In this document: positions 23,277 through 34,892 of the stretch, piece after piece
Layout of the letters: every line of letters begins with the position of its first letter
Position numbering within the stretch: position 1 is the stretch's first letter
Origin: Octopus sinensis
Lineage: Eukaryota
Length of the DNA: 64,000 nucleotides
NCBI RefSeq assembly: GCF_006345805.1
Contig: NC_043013.1
Location: 9,548,001-9,612,000, forward strand
Direction of reading: 5' to 3'
Notes under the pieces: model-generated
What the model saw: the letters and a program-made list of their open reading frames with translations, nothing else
What the model was told of the DNA's origin: nothing
The model's database searches: none
Made by a program: the position numbers and the translations under genes

Positions 23277-24535
23277 GGCGGCGAGGTGGCAGGGCCGATT
23301 CGGTCCGTTTCTACGTTCTCAGTTCAAATTCCACCGACGTCGATTTGCCTTCCTTCCTTTTTGGGGTCGATCAAGTAAGTACCAGTCAAGCATTGGGGGT
23401 GAATGTAATCGACTAACCCACTCCCCAGAATTTCAGGCCTTGTGCCTATAGTAAAAAATATTATTATTATTAAAGTTGCAATCTGGCAGAATCGTTAGCA
23501 CGCCGAACAAAATGCTTAGCAACATTTCGTCTGTCTTTGTGTTTTGAGTTCTAATTCCACCAAGGTCGTTTTTGCCTTTCGTTCTTTCGGGGGTCGATAA
23601 AATAAGAATCTGTCGAGCACTGGAGCCGTTATAATCGACTGCCCCTCTCTAAAATATTTCAGGCCTTGTACCTGTAATCGAAAGATTTATAACTACTAAG
23701 GCGGTTAACTGGCAGAATCGTTAACACACCGGGCAAAATGCTTAGTGGCATTTCGTCCGTCTCATGCTCTGAGTCCAAAGTCCGCTGAGATTGTCTTTGC
23801 CTTTCATCCTTTCGATGTCGATTAAATTAATACCAGTTAAGCACTGGGTTCGATGATGTAGACGTAACCCACTCCGAAATTGCTGGCTTTGTGCCAAAAT
23901 TTGAAACCATTATTAATTAGGCGGTAGATTAGCAGACTCGCTAGAGCTTCAGGCAGTTATTTCTCAGTATTTACTTCGGATTCATTACGTTCTAATCCAA
24001 ATCCTGCTAATGTGAAATTTGCTTTTCATTCCTTCGATGTCTATAAAATGGAGGCGCAATGGCCCAGTGGTTAGGGCAGCGGACTCGCGGTCGTAGGATC
24101 GCGGTTTCGATTCCCAGACCGGGCGTTGTGAGTGTTTATTGAGCGAAAGCACCTAAAGCTCTACGAGGCTCCGGCAGGGATGGTGGTGATCCCTGCTGTA
24201 CTCTTTCACCACAACTTTTTCTCACTCTTACTTCCTGTTTCTGTTGTACCTGTACTTCAAAGGGCCGGTCTTGTCACTCACTGTGTCACGCTGAATATCC
24301 CCGAAAACTACGTTAAGGGTACACGTGTCTGTGGAGTGCTCAGCCACTTACACGTTAATTTCACGAGCAGGCTGTTCCATTGATCGGATCAACCGGAACC
24401 CTCGTCGTCGTAACCGACGGAGTGCTTCCCCCCCACCCAAAAAAGTCTATAAAATAAATATGTCAAGTACTCAGATCGATAAAATTGACTGGTTTCCTCC
24501 CCACTGTAATTCCTCGCCTTGTGTCTAAGTCAGGT
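22847..24535 (+). mobile_element. Head-to-tail array of six SINE C copies
   Basis: Starts at about 22847, 23107, 23275, 23472, 23698 and 23919, each right after the (ATT)n tail or tail remnant of the previous copy. The sixth is split by SINE D. Confidence 0.85.
24050..24444 (+). mobile_element. SINE family D (D head, D tail) with 11-bp target-site duplication
   Basis: gtctataaaat at 24039-24049 and 24445-24455, inside SINE C copy 6. Confidence 0.92.
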
Positions 24536-24557
24536 AATTATTATTGTTGTTTTCTGT

Positions 24558-24856
24558 TCCTTCTCGAGCCAAGCCTGGCTCATAAGGGCCGGTTTCACCA
24601 GTTTCATTGGCGTATAGGTTCCCCACCTGGACGGGATGCCGGTCCGTCGCAGGTGAGCAGCAAGATGCAGGAGGAAAGAGTGAGAGAAATTTGTGGCGAA
24701 AGAGCCAGCAGAAGTTTCGCCATTACCTTCTATCGAAGACGCATGGAGCTTAGATGTTTCACTCATAAACACACACACACCACCCGGTCTGAGATTCGAA
24801 CCGGCGATCCCTCGACCGCGAGTTCGCTGCTCTAACCACGAGGCCATGTACCTCCA
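24558..24856 (-). mobile_element. SINE with D-type head/body and A-type tail
   Basis: Body ctctttcgccacaaatttctctcactc is followed by cctgcgacggaccggcatcccgtccaggtgggg...aaaccggcccttatgagcc, the family A tail. Confidence 0.8.
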
Positions 24857-24894
24857 CCAATAATTATTACTTAATGAATATTAAGGGAATGGTT

Positions 24895-25450
24895 TAAAGC
24901 AGGATCGCTAGCACGCCAGAGAAAATGCTTCGCAGTATTTCTTTTAGCACTTGAGGAGTTCAAATCCTTTGATCCTTTCAGAGTTGATAACATTAAGTAC
25001 CAGCCAAGTACTGAGGTTGATGTAATCGATTGACCCGTCTCTAAAGCGATTGCCCTTGTGCTAAAATTTAAGACAACTAAGCGCGAGGTACCGACAGAAT
25101 AGTTAGAGCCGTCCGACTAAATACTAAACAGCATTTCTTCCGGTCTTTTTGCCTAGAGTAGAAAAGGAAATCGGTTCCTGTTGTCTTGCACAAATGGACA
25201 ACTATAGACCTTACAGGGAATATGAAAAATATGAGATAAAGAATAAAAACGCATGTCCAGACCTACGCCTTGAAGAGGATCTTATCCATATACAAATCTT
25301 TAGGTTCGCGGGAAATAAAAAAAGGCCTTGGATTATTGGTGAGTTAGCAGATTCTTTACCGCGCCGAACCGGCAGAACCGTTAGCACATCGGACAAAATG
25401 CTTTCCTTCTAGCGCTTCACGTTCTGAGTTCATATCCCACCGGCTTGAAA
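24895..25450 (+). mobile_element. Three further degenerate SINE C fragments
   Basis: Heads gatcgctagcacgcc, cagaatagttagagcc and cagaaccgttagcacatc. Confidence 0.6.
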
Positions 25451-26018
25451 TGCCGACTTTGAAAAAAAAAAAAAAAAAAAGAAGGAAAAGTATCAAACAC
25501 AACATTTCCACTTTGGCAACAATTCGATTTTACAACCGTCAACAAATCTACTCAATTGTGATTGACATAACTTAGTATTTCGCTCAAGTGGGGTGAATTG
25601 GCTATAAGGCAGCTGACTATAAGACAGCGAACTGGCTATAAAGCAGCGAGTTGGCTATAAGGTGGTTTAAAGACCAATATTATAGACACTTCATTCCTAT
25701 TATGTTCATCACATTAGCTGGTTGATCTGTGTAAAATGTTAGAGAGAGGAACTTAGCCGTTTCTTGCTCTACATATTAATATACACATCTAAAGCAAAAT
25801 TTTTTTAGGGGCCCTTAAAATACTATTGTGGATCCCCAATTTACTATAATGTTGCGTGAATCCCAAAAATCTTATATGGGGTCATGTAGACTTCGATCGA
25901 GAACCACTGGAGTAGACTAAACAATGACCAACATCAGTTCAGCTATGACTAATTATTTTAGTGCATGGAACCCTAGAACACCTTATAAAATATTTCCTTC
26001 TCTAAGACGTTGGTGCTG

Positions 26019-26291
26019 TTGCTGTTGCTGTTGCTCGTCCCAGAGCTCGCGAGATCGCATCTCTGTAGTGGGAGAAGTCCGAAACGTGGTCCTTTGCTAT
26101 TCGTAAAACCCGCAGAAGAGAAAGCAGGTCAACCCCCGTCACCGAGAGCATCGACGGATGGATGAATGCGCATCTAGGCTCAGCGGTTGCGTAGGAAGTC
26201 GGGGACAAGAAACAGGAAGAAAGAGTGAGAGAAAGTTGGGGCGAAAGAGTACAACAGGGGTTCGCCACCACCCCCTGCCGGAGCCTCGTAG
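26019..26291 (-). mobile_element. 5'-truncated SINE D with tail type F and 14-bp TSD
   Basis: agacgttggtgctg at 26005-26018 and 26292-26305; same tail as the copy at 28764. Confidence 0.85.
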
Positions 26292-26509
26292 AGACGTTGG
26301 TGCTGGAATTGAGGGAGATTTGACTGGCACTTTTAGCCTCGTTAGCTTTCGTAAGCAGTTAGCTCAGAAACAGCTGTTAAAAATGCTTTATGGCATATTG
26401 TTCCGCCTTTTTCTCTTTTGTGTCCGAATTTCGCTGAGATTGACTCGATCTTTAGGGTTTACGGAGTCGACATTTTCAATTGTAACATACATATTTGCGT
26501 ATGTGCATG

Positions 26510-26870
26510 TGTGCGCGCGTGAGCGCGCGAGACTGGGTTGTGTGTGTGTGTGTGTGTGCTTGTTTGTTTGCATATATGTATTATGCATTCTTGTATGTAT
26601 ATATGTATATATGTATGCATGCATGCAAGTTTGTATATATTTATATATTTATGCATGTATGTATGCATGCATGTATATATGTATGTATCTATGTATGTAT
26701 GTATGTATGCATGTCTGTATTTATGTATGCATATATGTTCGTGTGTATGCATGCATGTATGTATATATGTATGTATCTATGCATGTATGTATCTATGTAT
26801 GCATGTATGTATGCATGCTCGTATGTATGTGCCCGTGTGTGTGTGTGTGTGTGTGTTTGTGTGTGTATGT
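26510..26870. repeat. (TG)n/(TATG)n microsatellite
   Basis: Seen directly. Confidence 0.9.
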
Positions 26871-27390
26871 GGTTCCGTGCTAATTACGGAAATTATCATT
26901 AATTTATGCAGTTAGTCCCTTTAATGAGAAGAATAAAAGATAAGACGGAAACAACAGTAGCAGGGGGGGGGAATGTGGGTGTGGCATTAGATTAATAAAC
27001 ATATCAACAAACCACCACAACCACCGCCGTCTCCACCAACACCACCGCCTTCACTTCGTTCCCTCGTTAAGGTTTTCAGCAATAAACTATTTTGACAGCT
27101 CCAAATGACTGACCCTGAACAATTACACACACACACACACACATTATATATATATATATATATACATATACATACATTATATACATATCTATATATATAT
27201 ATATATATATATAATAATTATATGCATATAAGCGTGTGTGTGTGTGTTTCTGTTGTTGTTGGTGAATGTTGCTGTTGCTAATATTGTGTTTTTGTGTCCA
27301 TGTTGAAAATCATTACGATAATAATTAGTCCTTATCCTCGTTCTACCGACACCATCACCACCATCGCCACCATCGCCACCATCGTCCTTG

Positions 27391-27421
<31 letters not shown>

Positions 27422-27714
27422 AATCATCACCAACTTAGTTGTCATCGTCCTCATCGTTGTTACCAGCATCGTGCATTATATGTAAAACGAGCAAAACGCC
27501 CCCCATCCAATGGACGGTGCTGAGTTGTCAAACATTTAAACCAAATTTTCTCAAGACAACTTGTCCGACCGTCCCATAGTCCTCCTCTTTGAGAAACACT
27601 GATTTAACCTAAATTTGAAACACCAGCAAAAGAAGAAATAAAGATAGGCTTTTTTTTCTATTCCAAAGAAAAACGATTTTATTCACACAAATATGCAACC
27701 GAAGGGTTTAAAGT

Positions 27715-28512
27715 ACTAGTAATGATAAGGCTGTTGACTGGGAGAACACAAACATGGTTTAAACAGTAAGCTTTGCAGGAAAGAAACGTGCCTTTAAGCA
27801 ATACAAAAACAACAAAAAATAGAAGGTGCAGTTATGTACAGGGTGGCATTTTACTTTTTTGGTCTCTTAAATAAACTGCATTTTGTGGCATTCTTTCAAA
27901 CCAACCGGCATTTTTTTGCGCAAACTGCACGTGGATTTTTCTCGTGTACGCGTAGTATCGATCACAACAGCTGATGTACCTTCCCGTACAAATGCACGTT
28001 CCCACGACTTTATCGTCGCATTCTCACCTGGAATCGATATTTGTCATTTTTTCAAGACTTATACACGCCCTGATACCGTCGGTATCTACATATCAAATTT
28101 GAGCGCAACCTGATGGAGGATGCCCGAGATCCTAGAAGACACACACACAGACAGACAGAAGGGATTTTATGTAATAGACTAGCAGCTAAGCCCGGTTTCA
28201 CCGCTCTGTTTGGATGATGCAGCTGTGATCTTTTTCGGTTAGGCATAATCTATAACAGCGTTTGTCAACCTTATCCTTTCGAAGCCCCTGTTTCGATTGG
28301 AGCCTCCAGCTGTATAAAAATTTCCTGACCCCACCCCGTCAGAAAACAGTTTCTATGCAACTGGTTATTTTAAAGGCGGAAGAGGAGAATTCCATTAGAA
28401 TTCCAATGTATGCACCCGTCTCCAGATGTGTGCCATTTTTCACACAAATCCACCCAGCCGCAAGACAAGAAAGAATACAACGATCGTCCATGTCCAATTT
28501 ATATTATAGATT
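27715..28512 (+). mobile_element. Two tandem Helitron/Helentron-derived non-autonomous elements (Lep1/DINE-like)
   Basis: Starts actag(t/c) at ~27715 and ~28177. The first ends cagacagacaga...tttatgtaatag and the second ends tttatattatagat. Family assignment is from pattern recall. Confidence 0.45.
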
Positions 28513-28763
28513 ATGTCGTTGTTATTGTTTTATATTGCAATTTTGTCGCATGTGGATTTATCATGTATACAAACACACACACATATATATATATATGTTG
28601 TACCTTATATATTTATGGATATGATATAATAGATAACGTGTGTGTGTTTGTGTGTGTGTGCCTGTTGTTGTTGCTGGTGATGGTGCAGCAGCTATTGTTG
28701 ATATTAATGTTATTGTTTCTGATATAGTTGTTGTCTTTATTGTTTCTACTGTTGTTGCTGTTG

Positions 28764-29131
28764 GGCAAAAGGTCTTCGTCCCAGCTCGCAAGATGGGAGA
28801 AGTCCGAAACGTGGTCCTTTTGCTATTCGTAAGACCCACAGAACAGAAAGCAGGTCAACCCCCGACACCGAGAGCATCGACGGATGGATGAATGCGCATC
28901 CAGGCTCAGCGGTTGCGTGGGAAGTCGGAGACAAGAAACAGGAAGAAAGAGTGAGAAAACGCTGGAGCGAAAGAGTACAACAGGGGTCGCCACTACCCCC
29001 TGCCGGAGCCTCGTGGGAACTTTTTAGGTATTTTCGCTCAATAAACACACACAACGCCCGGTCTGGGAATCGAAACCGCGATCCTCCGACCGCAAGTCCG
29101 CTGCCCTAACCACTGGGCCATTGCGCCTCCA
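28764..29131 (-). mobile_element. Full SINE D head/body with tail type F
   Basis: Head ggaggcgcaatggcccagtggttagggcagcggac matches 24050; tail matches 26019; gttgctgttg on both flanks. Confidence 0.9.
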
Positions 29132-29570
29132 CAGTTGCTGTTGTTCAATATGTTGCTGTTGTTAATATTTGAGTCAATGTCGAAAATCATTAAGATAATA
29201 ATTGCACCTTATCCTTACCTTACCACCACTATCAACGTCACCACATACAGATTAAAAGAAACTGCCTCGTTCTGAACGGGACCATCACGCCCTCTCTTGG
29301 CTCTACACTCTACAGTCGTACAGAAATAGATTGGATATGGAAGAAAGTGCAGCGAAGATAGGGACATATTCGTATATTGTACTCTTAATAATCCAATATT
29401 GCACTTCAAGACGTGTAGTATGGTTTTTGAGCTCGGCAGAGACACGGTTATAAGTGAAGCAATGGATTTATGATCCACGACGCTTTGTCCAGATAGAAGT
29501 TATGCTGCACAATGTGTGTCCCGGTCGATCAAAACTGATTATTTTAAAATAAAATATATTTAAACCCTGT

Positions 29571-29817
29571 GGAGGCGAGTGGCTTAGTGGTTAGGGTGTC
29601 AGCACCATGACTGTAGGATTGTGGTTTCGATTCCTGTACCGGGCGACGCGTTGTGTTCTTGAGCAAAACACGTCATTTCACGTTGCTCCAATCCACTCAG
29701 CTGGCAAAAATGAGTAACGCTGCGATGCGATGGACTGGCGTCCCGTCCAGCTGGGGAACACATACGCCATAGAATCCGGGAAACCGGACCCATGAGCCTG
29801 GCTAGGCTTTAAAAGGG
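29571..29817 (+). mobile_element. SINE family A with probable 15-bp TSD
   Basis: atatatttaaaccct at 29554-29568 and 29838-29852. Confidence 0.9.
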
Positions 29818-30048
29818 GATCATTACAGTTATTGATTATATATTTAAACCCTATGGCCGGTCAGAAACATTCTGGGCAATGAAAAGCGTGCTGTAGATGT
29901 AAAAATACACTGTGACACTGCATTCTAAATACTCTTACCACTACCTATTGGTGTGTGCAGTATGGCCTTAATTCTGTGCTTCGTACCTCGATGTTCTGTT
30001 AAAATACTAGAACAAGTGATGGGTTATCAAACGTTAATATATATATTA

Positions 30049-30462
30049 TAGGCGCAGGAGTGGCTGTGTGGTAAGTAGCTTGCTAACCAGCCACATGGTT
30101 CTGGGTTCAGTCCCACTGCGTGGCATCTTGGGCAAATGTCTTCTGCTATAGCCTCGGGCCGACCAACACCTTGTGAGTGGATTTGGTAGACGGAAACTGA
30201 AAGAAGCCTGTCGTATATATGTATATATATATATGTATGTGTATGTATATGTTTGTGTGTCTGTGTTAGTCCCTCTAGCATTGCTTGACAACCGATGCTG
30301 GTGTGTTTACGTCCCCGTCACTTAGCGGTTCGGCAAATGAGACCGATAGAATAAGAACTGGGCTTACAAAGAATAAGTCCCGGGGTCGATTTGCTCGACT
30401 AAAGGCGGCGCTCCAGCATGGCCGCAGTCAAATGTCTGAAACAAGTAAAAGAGTAAAAGAGT
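30049..30462 (+). mobile_element. SINE family B, full length
   Basis: Collinear with the other B copies. Confidence 0.95.
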
Positions 30463-30768
30463 ATATATCAGACATTATTATAACCGTGATAAATGCACAG
30501 ATTATAATAGATGGCTAGCTGGCCGGTTGTTGGTGTGATAATTATAGCAGATAATTGAGTGACAGACGATAACAGTAATAACTACCATAATGGCAATGAC
30601 GAAAACGATGACATTAGCAATAACGTTAACAATAATAAGACATAAATTGGGAATAAAAGAAAAGAAAAAAAAACCATCGATGAAAGATAAGATACCAACA
30701 ACAAATTGGAAGGAACAGAAGATTGGCGATTATTAAGTCAGAATGACTGACCAATAGGAAGAAGGAAT

Positions 30769-30839
<71 letters not shown>

Positions 30840-31118
30840 GGCAATAAAAGGATATATGTGTGTGTGTATAGTTGCTCACCCACACACACACACGTATGCA
30901 CGCGCGCACGCACACACACACATACATATATGTATTCGCTTGTTAGTCATTGGGCTGTAGCCATGTTAGGACAAGACCTGAAATATATATAAAGTCATGT
31001 GTGTGAGTGTGTATGCATGTATATATGTATGTATTATGTATGTCTATATAAGCGTGTATGTATTCATGTATTCCACTCAATCAATCAATCTATCAATGTA
31101 TCTATGTATGTATATATA

Positions 31119-31151
<33 letters not shown>

Positions 31152-31177
31152 TCATACATATATACATACATATATAT

Positions 31178-31208
<31 letters not shown>

Positions 31209-31975
31209 ATATACACACACATCCATATGTATACTATATGGAGGGAGAGATAGATTCGAAGGAAAAAAAGAAACTAAAGACAGACAGTGAAGAAAAGTGT
31301 AAAAAAAGGGATAAAAAAAGGGACGTATTTATTATCGTCACTTTAATCAAACGGTCGTTGTGTAAGTGACCAGTGACCACCACGGACAAAAACAACAACA
31401 ACATCAACAACACCCTGGTTAGAAGTCCATTACTTTGTTTATCTTGTGTCTTTCCCTCACCCTCTAGAGATGGTGATAACATTACAATGATAACATTACA
31501 ATGACCTTAATGAATAAACACGCCATAATTCCCGCCTCCGTCTCTCCTCTCCCTGTCACTCCCGCTCTTTCTCTCTCACTCTATCACCCTCCTACTACTC
31601 CCCTCCTCTATTCCCAGCTCCGTCCCTTTATCCAACGCTCTCCTTCTATCTCCCAATCTCTTTCTTCACCCTCTTCTGTCTTCCGTCATCTTCATCCTTG
31701 CTATTTCTCATCGTATCTGCTCCTTCCCTCCCCCCAATCTCGTTCTCTTCCCATCCATCCTATTCCTCCCACTTTCTAACTGGACCCCCCCCCTACAACC
31801 CTTACCTCTCCTTTTCTTCGAGATTATCTGTTGTTAGATCCAACAGGACACCAGGAGCAAGACCCCCAACATTAACAATTGTCATCAATAATAATAAAAT
31901 GACCGTTACTGGACGGAAACTACAATCTTTTTATGATCGGTCATTTTCCTCCTTTTACAAACAAACGCGCACGCG

Positions 31976-32012
<37 letters not shown>

Positions 32013-32172
32013 TTAGAAAGGATCCAGTTTTGCAAAGCTCGACTCTGGTAAGAGCCCCTTTTCTTTTGGTAAGGTCAAGCTAAGATAATTACACGAATAG
32101 TTCACCTCCAATATATTCTACTGGTATATACATATATACATACACACTCACACACACATATGTACATATATA

Positions 32173-32210
<38 letters not shown>

Positions 32211-32595
32211 CAACAACATTGAGGAACGGCCCCAATAGGCCATTCGACCCACTAGAAAGAGCAGCCAAGACTCAAACCGCTAAATAGTAGTAATTCAGAA
32301 ATTAAAGGAAAATTAAAAAACATTTACCCTATTTATCTTTAGACAATGCATTGTTTCGACGTTCTTTATGGCAAACCAGCCTAATTAAATTAAATTTAAT
32401 TTAATTTAATTTAATCAAGTCAATATATATATGAAATTATATACATAGTCTGTGACTATTTTCTCTTTCTCACTAGACCGCTGGTGGCAAAAAATTTCTA
32501 TTGAATTTTTTGCTACCCTTATATTGATTAATATATATATTATATATATATGTGTGTGTGTGTGTGTGTAGTAGACTATATATACATTTATATAT

Positions 32596-32758
32596 AGGCG
32601 CAGGAGTGGGTGTGTGCTAAGTAGCTTGCTTATCATCCACATGATTCTGATTTCAGAGTCACTGCGTGGCACCTCACGCAAGTGTCGTCTCCTATAGCCT
32701 CGGGCGACCAAAGCCTTGTGAATGGATTTGGTGGACGGAAACTGAAAGAAGCCCGTCG

Positions 32759-32805
<47 letters not shown>

Positions 32806-33030
32806 TAAGTATTATATGTTTGTGTGTCTGTCCTTGTCCTCCCATGATCGCTTGATAACTGATGTTGGTATGTTTACGTCCCTGTAACTTATCGGTTCGG
32901 CAAAAGACACCGATAGAATAAGTACTAGGCTTACAAAGAATAAGTAATGGGATCGATCTGTTCGTCTAAAAGCGGTGCTCCAGCATGGGTGCAGTCAAAT
33001 GACTAAAACAAATAAAATAATAAAAGAATA
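32596..33030 (+). mobile_element. SINE family B
   Basis: Collinear with the other B copies. Confidence 0.9.
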
Positions 33031-33471
33031 TATATTCTATGTAGAATATATATGATTGATTGATTGATTGATATATATAGATATAGTAGAATAAGAAATA
33101 GAAAGTCGTTGGTACAGTGTTATGTATTTGAAAAAATGAATAGAAATTGCTTTTCTGATAGTTTTTCCACTCTAAAAATTAGATATTTACGACTTCTAAA
33201 CATCTAATTATTAAAGTGGGGAAATAATCAGAAAAGCCATTTTTATTCATTTTTTTTTAAATGCTCCAGCATGCCGCAGTCAAATTACTGAAACAAGTAA
33301 AAGAATGAAAGTAAAAGAATATATAGACATACATACATACGAACATATATACATATATACCTATATATATATATATATATAATATATATATATATATAAT
33401 ATATATATAGAATATATATATACATATAGATAATAGATATATATATATATATATATATAATATATATATCC

Positions 33472-33503
<32 letters not shown>

Positions 33504-33510
33504 TATTATA

Positions 33511-34370
33511 CAGGGGTATATAATATATAATATAATGGAAACACCTTAAAATTTCAAAAAAAATTATCTTAATATAGGATAGTACCGCCTTTGGTAGTAA
33601 TTTACAGCTTGAATTCTATGAGATATGAACTCGTACAAAGTTTGAATTGTTTCCAAAGGAATTTGTGTCCATTCTTCAGCTAAAATAGTCTCCAGTTCTT
33701 GTAATGATGATGGTGGGGGATATCGAATCCTTACTTGTTTTTCTAAAATGCACCATAGATTTTCAATAATATTGAGATCTGGGGACTATGATGGCCAGAT
33801 AAGATGCTCAACTTCACTAGAATGTTCTCCATGCCATTCAGTAACATCTTTAGCTACTTGAATTGGTGCAAGGATAAATTTCATCACATAAATGCTTAAA
33901 TAGTCTTGATTATTAATTCTGCCATGAAGGGAAGCCATTGGGCCGACGGATTTCCAAGATATAGCCCCCCAGATCATCACAGACCCTCCTCCATGTTTAA
34001 CAGTTGGAAGAAGGCAGTCTGGGTCAAGTGATTCTTTTGGCTGTCTCCACTCATATACTCAGCCGGTGGTCGGAAATAAGGTAAAAGATGACTCATCCGA
34101 GAAAGTAACAATCTTCCATTGCTCTAGAGATCAATTCTGTAGGTTTTTTCTCCACTCTAAACGCTTTGCAATGTTCGTTTTTGAAGATCTTGGTTTTCTG
34201 ATTGCAGCCCTCCCGTGAAATCTAGCTTTGCGCAGCTCCCGGCGAACGGTTTTTGTGGTCTTCCACGACCGCTTTGTTCAAAGTCTCCCTTGACCTCATG
34301 TGGCCTGAACTCTTTACATGAACACCACTCTGTACATAACTCCATGTCACCATACATGGCCTTGCTTTTT
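33511..34370 (-). pseudogene. Degraded Tc1-family transposase
   Basis: VTFSDESSFTLFPTTG...TVKHGGGSVMIWGAISW...WPS*SPDLNIIENLW; TA-caggggt terminus at 33509-33517. The other end is not seen. Confidence 0.85.
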
Positions 34371-34429
34371 GCTTTTGAGCCAAAAAATTAACTTAACTAA
34401 TTAACTAACATAAATTAGAAGCAATTATA

Positions 34430-34745
34430 TGTGCAGTCATGACCAAGTGGTTAAGTAGCTCACTTGGCAACCACGGGGTCGCGAGTTCAGTGGAACCGTG
34501 GGCATGTCTCTTTTATCATGCCTTGTAAGTGAATTTGGTAAACGGAACTCTTTCTTTTCCTCAATGTGTGTGTTTATGTGTGACGTATGTGTGTACGTGT
34601 GTGCGTGTCTGCATGCATGTTTGTCTGCGTTTTCGTGTTGGTGTTTGTCTCCTCTGTTGTTTAAAAACCGGTGTTGGTTTGTGTAGTCTCCGTAACTTAG
34701 TGATTCAGCAAAAAGCGAGCGATAGAATAATTATCAGACTTCATA
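34430..34745 (+). mobile_element. Diverged SINE B
   Basis: gtggttaagtagctc...gccttgtaagtgaatttggtaaacggaac...gatagaataa. Confidence 0.65.
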
Positions 34746-34776
34746 ATAATAATAAAAATGATGATGATAATAATAA

Positions 34777-34807
<31 letters not shown>

Positions 34808-34892
34808 TAATAATAATAATAATAATAATAAAACAACAATAATAATAATTATTATTATTATTATCATTATTATTTTTATATTATTATTATTA

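Noticed and set aside
22847-24050. CRISPR-like or satellite array
   Set aside because: Eukaryotic DNA; the units are ~120-260-bp diverged SINEs, not short repeats with unique spacers.
27500-27610. Minus-strand exon candidate VKSVFLKEEDYGTVGQVVLRKFGLNV*
   Set aside because: Overlaps cagtgtttctcaaa, a hAT-MITE-like terminus with a partial inverted partner; more likely a transposon remnant.
29305-29445. Possible last exon ending -ETRL*
   Set aside because: Several frames on both strands are open and the acceptor is weak; cannot be told from chance.
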